Origin: Gemmatimonadota bacterium
Lineage (GTDB): Bacteria > Gemmatimonadota > Gemmatimonadetes > Gemmatimonadales > GWC2-71-9
DNA length: 64,000 nt
Direction: 5' to 3'
Assembly (NCBI GenBank): GCA_036679605.1
Contig: JAZDCZ010000407.1
Coordinates: 32,001 to 96,000, forward strand
This document shows, in pieces, positions 47,820 through 58,023 of this stretch. The position numbers were made by a program, and so were the translations under genes. The notes beneath the pieces are model-generated. The model made no database searches. It saw only the letters and a program-made list of their open reading frames with translations, and was not told the origin of the DNA. Numbering within the stretch: position 1 is the stretch's first letter; every line of letters starts with the position of its first letter.

Positions 47820-50081
47820 ATGCTGTTCGGGAAGAATATGATCATGAGCAAGACTCTCTACATATTAGTCGGTCTGCCAGGGTCCGGTAAGTCATGGTAC
47901 GCGACGCACGAGTTGAAGGCTGTGAGGCGGGTGAGCCAAGATGATATGGGCAGAGATGTGCATATGAGAGCCTTCACCGCCGCCTTGGCTGCTGACGAGT
48001 CCGTGGTTGTGGATCGCGTGAACTTTGACCGCAGCCAACGGGAGAGGTACATCACCCCTGCCAGGCAGCGCGGCTACCATATCGTATGCGTCTGGTTCGA
48101 TGTGGATCGGGCGACTTGTATGAGGCGGCTGTCTGGGAGGAAGGGACACCCGACCGTGTCTAAGGACGATGACCACGAGCGAATAGTGGGACACTTCGCC
48201 AAGATGATGGTGCAGCCGCTGGGGGACGAGTACGACGAGTTGAGGGTGGTGTCCAAGCGCACGCACGCGAAGGTGGAGGACATACGGGATGAGTGCGAGG
48301 GCAGGCGGACTATCGTCGTGGGCGATATACACGGCTGCTTCGACGAGTTCATGCTCCTCCTGCAAAAATGTGGATATAGCCCAGAGGACATCGTCGTGAG
48401 CGTCGGTGACTTGACTGATCGCGGACCGAAGAGTCGAGAGACATTGGAGTGGTTCTACAGCACGCCCGGGACGCATGTGGCGGAGGGGAACCACTGCAAC
48501 AAACTGAGACGGCTCTGGTCCGGACGCCGGGTCAAGATATCCAATGGATTGGGTTCCACAATCGAGCAGTGCGATGGCATGGATCATAAGGCAATCGCCG
48601 CGTGGATGTCCCTGTGGCCGCAGATCATTCGAGTCCCAGACATCGGTGGTCTGCCTGCGTATGTGGTACACGCCGGCGTGGACGGGACCCGTCCGATCGA
48701 CAGACAGAAGGTGGAGGATTGTTTGTACGCGCGGTGTCTCGGAGGCAAGGACTATTTTGACGAGGACGGCGGGGCGTGGTGGTATCACACACTGGACGGC
48801 TCGTTTGTCGTGTTGAGTGGACACGCTATCCATGACAATCCGCGCCCAGTGGAGTGTGCATATCTATTGGATGGTGGCGCATTCCAAGGCGGGACGCTAC
48901 GGGCTCTGGTGATCAATGGTGAGGGGACGGAGGTGTTCGAGGTGGACAGTTCCGGCTATGTGACGTCGACTGAACCCAAGACTCCGGTGCAAGCGAGGGA
49001 GGAACTCGTTGCGGAGGGTTTGATCCGTAAGGATGAACTCGGGGACTTGGCCGTCTACACATACACAGATGCCTGCGTGCATGCGCGCATGTGGGACAAC
49101 ATCACCATCAACAGCCGAGGTCATGTGTTTAATCGAGTCACAGGGGAATGCGTCGCGTGGTCGTTCCCGAAGTTCTTCAACATGGGCGAGATGCCAGAGA
49201 CGCAGGAATATGTCCTGCCGTGGACTGGGGGTTTCGCGGCGTTCGAGAAGATGGACGGATGGTTGGGTAACCTCTATAGGCTGGATGACGGGCAATATGC
49301 GATATCCACGCGAGGTTCTTTCAAGAGTCCTGGCGCACTCTGGGCGACGCAATTCCTACGGGACAACCATGACCTGTCCGGCCTGCCGGACGATGTCACG
49401 CTCGTGTTTGAGCTGATAAGCCCGATCACGAGGATCATAGTGGACTACGGTGACAAAGAAGCTCTCACACTTCTGGCGGCCTTCAACAGGCACACTGGGG
49501 AGGAGTACGCTTGGCATAGGGTTATGGAATGGGCTAGTATATACAAGTTCATCACGCCGACGGTGTATTGTGGGGATTTCGCGGAATGCCGCGCCACCTT
49601 GGCTCATAGCTCCGGCAAGGACATGGAGGGATTCGTCGTGAGGTTTCACAACGGCTTGCGGGTCAAGGTGAAGGGCGAGGATTATCTGCGCCGTGCGAAA
49701 ATAGTTTCCAATATGACGCCGCTGTCCGTGTGGGGCGCCATGTCGTCGGGCAAAGTGTTGGACGAGTACCGCGACGCGGTGGACGCGGATTACAGGGGAC
49801 AATTGGACGCCATGGCTGATGAATTGGAAGAGCGGTGGGCCGCAGTAAATGAAGAAATAGACAGTGAGTTCGCCTGTAGCTTTCCGGGAATGACTGCCCA
49901 AATATCCGATGAACACGAAGGCAGGAAGGGTTTTGCCGAGAGAGTTGGGAACCTGACGCTGCGCCACAGGCGCGTGATGTTCGCCAGACTCGACGGAAAG
50001 TCGGAACTCATTGACAAGTACATAATGGGGATCATCAGGCCCCATAACAACGAAATGAAGGTGATAAATGGTGATTCGTAG
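47820..50081 (+). CDS. Polynucleotide kinase + metallophosphoesterase + Rnl1-like RNA ligase fusion
   Basis: GLPGSGKS/SQD; GDIHG, GDLTDRG, GNH; SRG..FPKFFN, EKMDG, FELI, EGFV, RVKVK. Confidence 0.9.
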   Translation: MLFGKNMIMSKTLYILVGLPGSGKSWYATHELKAVRRVSQDDMGRDVHMRAFTAALAADESVVVDRVNFDRSQRERYITPARQRGYHIVCVWFDVDRATCMRRLSGRKGHPTVSKDDDHERIVGHFAKMMVQPLGDEYDELRVVSKRTHAKVEDIRDECEGRRTIVVGDIHGCFDEFMLLLQKCGYSPEDIVVSVGDLTDRGPKSRETLEWFYSTPGTHVAEGNHCNKLRRLWSGRRVKISNGLGSTIEQCDGMDHKAIAAWMSLWPQIIRVPDIGGLPAYVVHAGVDGTRPIDRQKVEDCLYARCLGGKDYFDEDGGAWWYHTLDGSFVVLSGHAIHDNPRPVECAYLLDGGAFQGGTLRALVINGEGTEVFEVDSSGYVTSTEPKTPVQAREELVAEGLIRKDELGDLAVYTYTDACVHARMWDNITINSRGHVFNRVTGECVAWSFPKFFNMGEMPETQEYVLPWTGGFAAFEKMDGWLGNLYRLDDGQYAISTRGSFKSPGALWATQFLRDNHDLSGLPDDVTLVFELISPITRIIVDYGDKEALTLLAAFNRHTGEEYAWHRVMEWASIYKFITPTVYCGDFAECRATLAHSSGKDMEGFVVRFHNGLRVKVKGEDYLRRAKIVSNMTPLSVWGAMSSGKVLDEYRDAVDADYRGQLDAMADELEERWAAVNEEIDSEFACSFPGMTAQISDEHEGRKGFAERVGNLTLRHRRVMFARLDGKSELIDKYIMGIIRPHNNEMKVINGDS

Positions 50082-51666
50082 ACAGAAAATGACGATGCTC
50101 GTCAACTCGGTCGCTGGGGAGACCCGTGTGGCTATATGCCGAGATGGGCGACTGGAGGAGCTGTGGGTCGAACACTCAGATCAGGTTTCGCCCGTTGGTA
50201 ACATCTACAAGGGAAGGGTGACGAATGTGGAGCGTAGCCTCCAGGCCGCGTTCATCGATTGCGGGTTCGGCAAGGAAGGCTTCCTGCATGTGTCCGATAT
50301 ACTCCCTCGGTATTTCCCGAAGAAGCGCAAGAACGAGCGGATCGGGAACCGCACGCGCAGGAGTGATCGCCCTACGATCGAGAGCTGCCTCCGGAGGGGG
50401 GATGAGGTCATCGTACAGGTCATCAAAGATGGTTTCGGACATAAAGGTCCGGCCTTGAGTACATATATATCGCTTCCCGGCAGGATGTTGGTTATGTTGC
50501 CGTATAGCACTGGATCAGGAGTGTCCCGCCGCGTGGTTGATATCGAGAAGAGGCGTGAACTCAAGAAGATGCTTGCTGGGATGAGACTGTCGAAGGAGGC
50601 AGGTTTCATACTCCGCACGGCAGGCAATACTGGTGGTCTGACCGAATTTCAGGCAGACGCCAAGTATCTCGTTGAATTGTGGGAGAAAGCTGAACGCAGG
50701 ATGAAGCGAAAGGCTCCCACGGAGGTACTGCATGAGCGAGGCTTGGTTACGCAGATTCTGCGGGACAGGTGGACTAAGGACTTCGATCAGGTGATCGTGG
50801 ACAGTAGGGAGGACGCAGCAGCAGCACGGGCATACTTGAAGGCGACAGCTCCGCGGATCAAAAGGAAACTGGTCACGCTCCACACCGGCTCGCCCATATT
50901 CGAGAAATATGGCATCGAGAGCGATGTCGAAGGGTTGGCTGGCAGGAGCGCCCCACTTCCGTCTGGTGGACACATAGTCATCGATCAGACCGAGGCTTTG
51001 GTCGCGGTGGATGTGAACTCAGGCAGGACCAAAAGCAGGAACAGCGAAGACACCGCGCTTAAGACCAATTTAGAGGCTGCCACAGAGGTGGCCAGACAAC
51101 TTAGGCTGCGAGATCTCGGCGGTCTAGTCGTTGTGGATTTCATAGACATGGTGAGCCACCGGAATCGTGTCAAAGTGGAAGAGACACTGTCCAAAGCTTT
51201 GGCACAGCACAGGGAAAAGGCTCAGGTGTTGCCGATGAGTGAGTTTGGTATAATTGAGATAACGCGGCAGCGTAGCAGACAGTCTGTGGCTGCAGCCTTA
51301 CACGCCACCTGCCCTCAGTGTTCAGGCAGCGGGAAGATAGAGTCGCTCGCGTCGTCCGTGGCGTCCATACTACGGCAGATGCGATCTGCGATATCCGCGA
51401 ATCCAAGATGCAGGATACGCGCTATGGCTCCTACGGAGATTGTCACGGAGGTTTTTAATCGGCATCGGGAAGAGATGGATAGACTAGAGTCTCTGGCAGG
51501 TGCGCCAGTGGAACTTTTGGCAGGGGGGAGGACGGATGTTAGCATTGGACAGCCCGCGACGCACGGTGGAAAAACAAGTGAAAAACCAAGTGGACGCGGG
51601 AACAGTAGAAAGAGGAGGCGTCGTAGAAAGAGCCGAGGCAACAAAGTGGCCAAGGCGGTTGGATAA
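50068..51666 (+). CDS. RNase E/G family endoribonuclease
   Basis: GNIYKGRV, AAFID, DQTEALVAVDVNSG, LRLRDLGGLVVVDFIDM, CPQCSGSG. Confidence 0.95.
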   Translation: MVIRRQKMTMLVNSVAGETRVAICRDGRLEELWVEHSDQVSPVGNIYKGRVTNVERSLQAAFIDCGFGKEGFLHVSDILPRYFPKKRKNERIGNRTRRSDRPTIESCLRRGDEVIVQVIKDGFGHKGPALSTYISLPGRMLVMLPYSTGSGVSRRVVDIEKRRELKKMLAGMRLSKEAGFILRTAGNTGGLTEFQADAKYLVELWEKAERRMKRKAPTEVLHERGLVTQILRDRWTKDFDQVIVDSREDAAAARAYLKATAPRIKRKLVTLHTGSPIFEKYGIESDVEGLAGRSAPLPSGGHIVIDQTEALVAVDVNSGRTKSRNSEDTALKTNLEAATEVARQLRLRDLGGLVVVDFIDMVSHRNRVKVEETLSKALAQHREKAQVLPMSEFGIIEITRQRSRQSVAAALHATCPQCSGSGKIESLASSVASILRQMRSAISANPRCRIRAMAPTEIVTEVFNRHREEMDRLESLAGAPVELLAGGRTDVSIGQPATHGGKTSEKPSGRGNSRKRRRRRKSRGNKVAKAVG

Positions 51667-51703
51667 TGGCACAACAACAAAGGAATCAGATAGGAATGGG
51701 AGC

Positions 51704-51913
51704 ATGGTAAAGGTCACAGCAAAAGGCCCACACGAGAATTTCCGGAAGTTGCTTCGTCGCTTCAAGAAAGCGTGCGACAACGCTGGTGTAATGCGCGAGA
51801 TCAAACGAAGGGCGTATTATGAGAAGCCGAGCGACAAACGTCGTAGGGAGCGTCGCCGCCAAGTGCGCGAGGCTCAGAAGAAGCTAAGGGAAGAAAGCCA
51901 GTCCCAATCCTAG
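51704..51913 (+). CDS. rpsU: Ribosomal protein bS21
   Basis: LRRFKK...GVMREIKRRAYYEKPS..RR. Confidence 0.93.
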   Translation: MVKVTAKGPHENFRKLLRRFKKACDNAGVMREIKRRAYYEKPSDKRRRERRRQVREAQKKLREESQSQS

Positions 51914-51922
51914 GGAGGGCGT

Positions 51923-52912
51923 GTGGATTACTACAAGACACTGGGTTTGCGGAGGGATGCTACGTCAGAGCAAATCAAGAAGGCATACCGCGCGCATGCC
52001 AAGGAATATCACCCCGACAGGAATCCTGACGACCCGTCCGCTGAGGCTAAATTCAAAAAGGCCGCAGAGGCATACGAGACCCTCTCCGATACCGAGAAAC
52101 GGAGGCGATACGATCTGGCGGGTTCGGACGGGGGTTTCCGCATAAACATCGGCGACATCTTCAGTGCGTTCCAGAGTAGACCTCGCCACCGGCGAGGTGC
52201 CAACTTGGAGACGGTCGTGGAGATTGGCATTGAGGATGTCTTGCGCGGAGTGAAGCGAAGCGTCGAAGTGTCCGGACCGACGCCCTGCGCCGCCTGCCAA
52301 GGCGCTGGCACAGGCAGCGCCTCGTCGAGGCGCTGCAACTGCTGTGGCGGTTGGGGAGAGATGGAATCTGTCGATATCATGGTGGGGAGAAAGGTGTCGC
52401 CGTGCCCAGCATGCGGGGGATCCGGCAGACAGAGCGAACGGTGCGACGCGTGCGGCGGAACTGGGTCAATCCCATCGGCGAGATCGCTCGATGTGTCCAT
52501 TCCTCCTGGCATCGCCCACGGCGCGGTGGTGAGGATAAGGGGCCACGGTGGAGCTGGCCATTTGGGCGGCTCACCAGGCGACCTCCATGTCCGTGTGTTC
52601 GTCAGGCCACACCCACTTTTCGTCAGGAAGGCCAGCGACCTATGGCAGGAGGCGGCCATGCCATTTGCCGCTGCAGCCTTGGGTGGTAGGATTGATGTGC
52701 CGACCCTCGACGAGGGCGATATGACTTTGACTATTCCGCCTAGCACACAATCAGGGCAGGTTTTTCGACTCACGGGAAAAGGTCTTCCGAGGATGCGATC
52801 CGCTGGGCGTGGCGATATGCTCGTCCGAGTGTCTGTCGCGGTCCCGACTGACCTGACAGACGAGCAACGAGCCGCCATCCAAACCCTTCGAGACTCAGGA
52901 ACTTCCAGATGA
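51923..52912 (+). CDS. dnaJ: Chaperone DnaJ
   Basis: DYY..LG, HPD, four CxxCxGxG repeats, C-terminal domain. Confidence 0.95.
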   Translation: MDYYKTLGLRRDATSEQIKKAYRAHAKEYHPDRNPDDPSAEAKFKKAAEAYETLSDTEKRRRYDLAGSDGGFRINIGDIFSAFQSRPRHRRGANLETVVEIGIEDVLRGVKRSVEVSGPTPCAACQGAGTGSASSRRCNCCGGWGEMESVDIMVGRKVSPCPACGGSGRQSERCDACGGTGSIPSARSLDVSIPPGIAHGAVVRIRGHGGAGHLGGSPGDLHVRVFVRPHPLFVRKASDLWQEAAMPFAAAALGGRIDVPTLDEGDMTLTIPPSTQSGQVFRLTGKGLPRMRSAGRGDMLVRVSVAVPTDLTDEQRAAIQTLRDSGTSR

Positions 52913-53445
52913 CCGCTGGGCGCGAATCAATCAGCGGGACGAAGGATTGGTGTACACCTCCGGAGTATGTGAATGCCGTTCGAAGTGTCTTCGTCACTGG
53001 AATCGAGCTGGATCCATGTTCCAATATGCACTCGATTGTGGGAGCCGACACGAGTATCTCTTTGCCGCAGGACGGCCTTGCCGCGCTGTGGAGTGCATCG
53101 ACAGTGTATGTCAATCCGCCGTACGGCAGAGACAAGGCGAGAGGGACGACAATCAAGGACTGGCTTGCGAAGTGCAGCACTGCTGCCAAGGCTGGTTCCC
53201 AAGTTCTATCGCTTGTCCCAGTAGCAACCAACACAAGGCATTGGCGGGATCATGTGTTCACCGCGACAGGCATCTGCTTCCTGAAGGTGTCGAGGCTGAA
53301 GTTCTCGCTGGCTGGTGAGGTTGCGCCAAAGGGCGCTCCGATGGCGTGTGCCATGGTTTACTGGGGCGATACTGGATCAGGCCTTTCCCGATTCCGGACG
53401 GTGTTCGGCGAGTTCGGCGCTGTGCTGCTGTGTCCTAAAACTTGA
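52909..53445 (+). CDS. Phage-type DNA N6-adenine methyltransferase
   Basis: WCTP, ELDPCS, DGL..W, VNPPYG. Confidence 0.85.
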   Translation: MTAGRESISGTKDWCTPPEYVNAVRSVFVTGIELDPCSNMHSIVGADTSISLPQDGLAALWSASTVYVNPPYGRDKARGTTIKDWLAKCSTAAKAGSQVLSLVPVATNTRHWRDHVFTATGICFLKVSRLKFSLAGEVAPKGAPMACAMVYWGDTGSGLSRFRTVFGEFGAVLLCPKT

Positions 53446-53531
53446 CAGCGAGCCAGCCGCGCGATATACAAGTGTAGCATACCCGCTGGGCCTCTGTTGC
53501 AAAGCATGCCATACTACGGCGGGTTTTTTAT

Positions 53532-53656
53532 TAGAGTGAGCGGGGATACCACCAGCCTTGTGCCGTCCAGAAATCCCGTCTGCCATCCTTCAAGGAAAGC
53601 GAACCTCCCGCAATCCTTCTGATATACTAGCTGCAAGCCACTGGGTGGTAATTGAC
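53532..53656 (+). mobile_element. 125-bp non-autonomous miniature of the IS200/IS605 element (copy F)
   Basis: TTTAT, then GTGAGCGGGGATACCACC left end; GCTGCAAGCCAC..GGTAATTGAC right end. Confidence 0.85.
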
Positions 53657-53706
53657 GCGCTAAGCATCCTATATTGTTCCCATGTACCCGCACTGGCGGA
53701 GGCTAA

Positions 53707-54933
53707 ATGAACATGCACAGGACAGCCAGACACATTATCGTTGCGTGCGAGGAAAGCGGACGCATCACTGGGGATAGGTCGGTGACCACCGAGGACGGCT
53801 ACATCTTTCATAGGCAGCCAGACGGTTCTTGGACGGACGGCGACATGACCTTTGGATCGCTCGACGAGATCGAGTCACAGGTGGGCATAAAACATCTCGG
53901 TCCTGGCAAGTCAGATAGAGGTTTGCAGGCGTCCATAGCCGCCAAAGTGATTGATGCTATCGGCGCTGGATTGCGATCCGCTATTGAGAGGGAGGCCATG
54001 TGGCAATCCACTCTCCATGAGAACTACGACGATGACTTCGGTCAGTGGTTGGAGTACTCGGACATGTACGGCCTCGCGCGGAAACTCGGCTTTACCACGG
54101 CTGAGGAAGCATGGAAGGCTAATCCGACAGTGCAGGGTTCCATCGACCCGCAGGATTTTAGGATCGTGCCAGATGGCGAGAGGATGGACTTGAGGGTTGA
54201 TGCCGCCTTGGGTTGGATTTGTGAGTCCTGCGGCTCTGTCATGTCGTCGGGAGAGCCGTGCGACTGTATTCGCCGCCCGGAGGCGAGGCAACCAGACTTG
54301 GCCAGAGCGGCTGGTGAAGCCTTGCTCGAAGCCGGAGGGTCGGCTGGCAGCAGCTTATCCCTCCCGATCATGGCTGCCCAGATTATCGCGTCAAACGGGT
54401 ACTTCGTCGGCGAGGTGTTCATGCCAGATATGCGGACCAACCCTAGGAACAAGGGTCGCATGGGCAACATTGTCATTGGCGGCGACAGGGGCGATGTGTG
54501 GGCGACGAGTACCCATGCTGATGAGAGGGACGGTGTGGAGGGCGTTACATTGACGGATGTGGAGTTCAGGACGACATTGGATTTTGACGGCCTTGACCAC
54601 GATGAACTCTTGGATGAGGTCAGGCAAGTCGTTGGGGAGAGTTACGACTCGATTCAGGAGGACACTTTCGTGCCGACGCGGATCGCCATACTTGCCCCAG
54701 ACGAGTCTGGCAGGCTTGTTCGCCGTTCACCAGCCAAGCCAATCCCTGTTGATTACAATGTTGATACGGAGGACATGGACCCGGAAATTTGTCCTAGGTG
54801 CAAAGGACATGGAGGTGTGTTCCCTGCCGACGAGGGTGAGAATTGCAACCTGTGTGACGGCATCGGCGAGGTGTTCAGGCACCCAGATGGCTCGTATTCA
54901 AACGAGACTGACAAGAACACATACCTATATTAG
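53707..54933 (+). CDS. Multidomain hypothetical protein with Zn-ribbon motifs
   Basis: GGAGG RBS; CESC..CDC; CPRCKGHG..CNLCDGIG. Confidence 0.7.
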   Translation: MNMHRTARHIIVACEESGRITGDRSVTTEDGYIFHRQPDGSWTDGDMTFGSLDEIESQVGIKHLGPGKSDRGLQASIAAKVIDAIGAGLRSAIEREAMWQSTLHENYDDDFGQWLEYSDMYGLARKLGFTTAEEAWKANPTVQGSIDPQDFRIVPDGERMDLRVDAALGWICESCGSVMSSGEPCDCIRRPEARQPDLARAAGEALLEAGGSAGSSLSLPIMAAQIIASNGYFVGEVFMPDMRTNPRNKGRMGNIVIGGDRGDVWATSTHADERDGVEGVTLTDVEFRTTLDFDGLDHDELLDEVRQVVGESYDSIQEDTFVPTRIAILAPDESGRLVRRSPAKPIPVDYNVDTEDMDPEICPRCKGHGGVFPADEGENCNLCDGIGEVFRHPDGSYSNETDKNTYLY

Positions 54934-54980
54934 GTTTTGGGCGGGGACTCTGCGAACGGTGATCCTGTTTAGGGCTTTCG

Positions 54981-55565
54981 TTACTCGCTCGCTGTCGCGG
55001 CCATTCGCTCGCGGGTTTGCTTGTCTGCTTCGGCCATCGCCGCCTCCGCACTCTCGAAAGTACCCATGTCAAGTCCATCCCACGCCGCCAGCACATCCTT
55101 CCCGGCCTCTGACAGCCCTAACTCGCCTTCGTCGAGATGACTGGCTTCTAGTGCGTCGTCGAGAATCTCTTGGTATACAGACGATGCAGCGGAGTCCTTG
55201 TCCATCGCCGTCTCTATGCCTCTGAGATCCTGCGGACGCACGACGGCGTTCACGCCGCTGTTCTGTTTCACAGCGCGAATGCGGGACACGATCATCACTT
55301 CTTTGGACACAATGTTGAGCTGTCGCCCGATCATGAGTTCCTCTGTGGTGGTCAGGTCGAATTGTTGCGCCAGCGTCCGCCGAAGTTCTGCGGAGGTGGT
55401 TTTCGCTCCCCTGTCAAATGTCTCTTGCTTTTTCTTGGCTAGCTTGATCGCTTTTTTTTCCAGCGTCTTTCGCCTGTTTTCGGCCATCAGCTCCGCCTTC
55501 CGCAGCTCCTTGAGATCCATCTTGCCGAGCGGTTTTTGTTTCCTCTCAAATATATTCAGTCCCAT
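54981..55565 (-). CDS. Coiled-coil protein, putative ESCRT-III/PspA-like
   Basis: MGLNIF N-terminus, basic helical first half, acidic second half. Confidence 0.55.
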   Translation of the reverse strand: MGLNIFERKQKPLGKMDLKELRKAELMAENRRKTLEKKAIKLAKKKQETFDRGAKTTSAELRRTLAQQFDLTTTEELMIGRQLNIVSKEVMIVSRIRAVKQNSGVNAVVRPQDLRGIETAMDKDSAASSVYQEILDDALEASHLDEGELGLSEAGKDVLAAWDGLDMGTFESAEAAMAEADKQTRERMAATASE

Positions 55566-55568
55566 GTC

Positions 55569-55952
55569 TTATTCTCCCACTGGTATATACACATACGCCG
55601 TGCTATCCCCGCGCCATCCCGCACCGGGAAAGTCGATTGCTGCGTATATGATTGTCTCATTGCAAAGCCGCATCTCCGCCGTCATCGCATCCACCGCCCG
55701 GCGATTGGCTGTCCTGCATATCGTATCTAGTGTGGCCTCGCAGCCTATAATTTCCCTGCGTTCTCTCGCCGTCTCGTCATCTGTCAGCGACCGCACGGTT
55801 CCGCGTCTACTTGTGCCGCACGGCACCACGGTCGCCACCTTCGCAAGAGCCTCGCCAGTTGCCCACCGTGGGAACTTGCCACCACCGGCCAAGCTGCGGG
55901 CATACACAGTCAGGTCGCCATCGACGCTTTCAACTCTGTGTATAGTCCACAT
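55569..55952 (-). CDS. Hypothetical protein
   Basis: ORF spaced 2-3 nt from both neighbours. Confidence 0.55.
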   Translation of the reverse strand: MWTIHRVESVDGDLTVYARSLAGGGKFPRWATGEALAKVATVVPCGTSRRGTVRSLTDDETARERREIIGCEATLDTICRTANRRAVDAMTAEMRLCNETIIYAAIDFPGAGWRGDSTAYVYIPVGE

Positions 55953-55954
55953 GA

Positions 55955-56794
55955 TCAGAATCTCGCTATCGCATCAGACGCGGCCATGTCCCGCGCCGTC
56001 ATCCGTTTCTTCGGACCTGACATCTGTGCGTATATCCGAGTACTCTCGACGGAGTCGTGTCCCAGCCTATCCTGTATGTCCGACATCTCAAATCCGCCCT
56101 CCACCATGTGGACCGCCAGTGAATGGCGCAGCGAGTGGATTCGGCTCCATCTGTACTCGTTTGGGTTGTATGACGGGCACCGCCTCGCAACACGCTGGAA
56201 TCTACGCAGGATGGTCTTGGAACAGGCCTGTCCGCTATCCTGCCCAGGAAACACCCAAGGGCTGTCAATGTCCAGACCCTCGCGGCTTTCACACCAGTCG
56301 CGCAGAGCTCGCATTGTGCCATTGTCCAGCACGACATCGTGTACCATGCGGGTCGCTATCTCGTTACGGATGCGTCGGCGTTTTTTGACGCGGGTGACGC
56401 GGATAACCTCCGCCCGACCCGTGCGCCGCCCTTTTGGACTCCAACCCAAATCCTGCCATTGCAGGAGGGTATATTCCGCTGCGCGCAGTCCGCACAGATA
56501 ACCGACAGCCATGAGCGCGTATTCCTGCGGCGTTTCGCACGCTTTTTTCAGCTCCTGCATCATCGACCGTGTGAACCATCGGTCGGGCGAAAGACTTTCC
56601 CGCGGCTTGTCTGTCCGGGTCAGCCCAGCGTCCGGAACGAGTCTCCGTACGATTGCCAAGGCTTCCGTAATTGGCAGGTCGAGCGCTGGGGAGATGGCGT
56701 CGGCGAGTCCTTGCCCGACGATACGGACAAGGATACGGCGTCTGGTGTTCGGCGTCAACACCGCCAACCCCATAATATCGTCAAGCGTTTCCAT
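55955..56794 (-). CDS. Tyrosine recombinase
   Basis: GLRAAE, K, HSLRHS, LGH, TRIY catalytic set. Confidence 0.92.
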   Translation of the reverse strand: METLDDIMGLAVLTPNTRRRILVRIVGQGLADAISPALDLPITEALAIVRRLVPDAGLTRTDKPRESLSPDRWFTRSMMQELKKACETPQEYALMAVGYLCGLRAAEYTLLQWQDLGWSPKGRRTGRAEVIRVTRVKKRRRIRNEIATRMVHDVVLDNGTMRALRDWCESREGLDIDSPWVFPGQDSGQACSKTILRRFQRVARRCPSYNPNEYRWSRIHSLRHSLAVHMVEGGFEMSDIQDRLGHDSVESTRIYAQMSGPKKRMTARDMAASDAIARF

Positions 56795-57744
56795 TACGCC
56801 GTGTCCTTAGCTTTGGATTCGGTTTCGGTGTCGCTTGATTCATCCGACAGATCATTGCCTTCGAACACTTCAAACTCGGCCATCGCTTCCGCGTCCGCCG
56901 CGTCTGGCTCCGCCGTTTCGGTTGCTTTGGCGGGCTCGTCGGCCTCAAACTCAGCCATACAGGCCTCGGCTTCTTCATCCAAGTAATCGAACTCGACCGA
57001 CTCGGCTGCGTCCGCCGCCGCGTCCGCCGCTTCGATGGCCAACTCCGCTTCGACCTGATTATCGACAATATCCTCGGTGTCCGGCAGCCCAGAAGTCCCG
57101 GCAAGCCTCATCATTTTACGGGTGTGCAGAAAATCCTCGCATCGGTATATTTGCCGTCCTGCGAATTGCACCGTCGAGTTCTCGCGCGAGATGTCTTTCC
57201 TGAGTGCGGCTAAGCGACCTGCGAGACGTCTCTTGATGTTTGTGCTTTTCTCGGCTTTCCCATCGCGGATGATGTCCTTTTCTTGCTTCTCGAGTTCGTC
57301 CAGCTTCTCGCGGGCGTCGTCCTTCGTCGCACGGAGCTTCCCGAGTGCGTCGCGGACCCTCTCCTCTTTCTCGATCTCGGCGATCTCGCGCCGGTAACTT
57401 TTTGACGCGGCGTATTTTATGTAATGTCCAAGGCCGGGTCCTGGAGCCGTCGGGGGTGGTTCGATATCCAAACCCTGCTGCTGCTTGACATATTCGACAT
57501 AGTCGTCGAATCGTTCCATCATGTCGCGGAGATCTTCGGTGTCAAGTTCTTTGAAGTGCACAGGCGGCGATCCACTGGCGAGTCGATACCGCAGCCCTTT
57601 CTTCCAGTAGTTCATGCCCCAGCCTGGCGGTTGCCAGACGATTCCGCCACTCTCGACCACGGTCTTGATGTCCGAGAGTTTCCTGTAGAGTATCCTTTCG
57701 GCCGCAGCCAACCTGTCAAGATGCGTTTCCTTCGGTACAGCCAT
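56794..57744 (-). CDS. Coiled-coil protein, putative ESCRT-III/PspA-like with N-terminal extension
   Basis: Basic helices (DGKAEKSTNIKRRLA) then acidic tail; resembles 54981-55565. Confidence 0.55.
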   Translation of the reverse strand: MAVPKETHLDRLAAAERILYRKLSDIKTVVESGGIVWQPPGWGMNYWKKGLRYRLASGSPPVHFKELDTEDLRDMMERFDDYVEYVKQQQGLDIEPPPTAPGPGLGHYIKYAASKSYRREIAEIEKEERVRDALGKLRATKDDAREKLDELEKQEKDIIRDGKAEKSTNIKRRLAGRLAALRKDISRENSTVQFAGRQIYRCEDFLHTRKMMRLAGTSGLPDTEDIVDNQVEAELAIEAADAAADAAESVEFDYLDEEAEACMAEFEADEPAKATETAEPDAADAEAMAEFEVFEGNDLSDESSDTETESKAKDTA

Positions 57745-58023
57745 ATCTTTTCCTTTCTGCCAGGTGTCCGTCTACAACGGTTTCCATCCACTCTATCTTA
57801 CACTATGCAGGCTCCAGAATCAAGGGGACATTGTTCCTTGTCCTTTTTGCCTGTCCCTTTTCCATTATGAGAGGTGGAGGATTGCCTACGGAAGTTCTAC
57901 TGTTATCGGGTGTCGCGACCGGGCGGCTCCCTCCGGGCCAGAGTTCATTGCCCCCGCTCGCTCCGACTGCCCTAGCGACTTGATTGTTCGGGGCCGCTAG
58001 TCCCTAACCCCCTGCGGGGGTAC

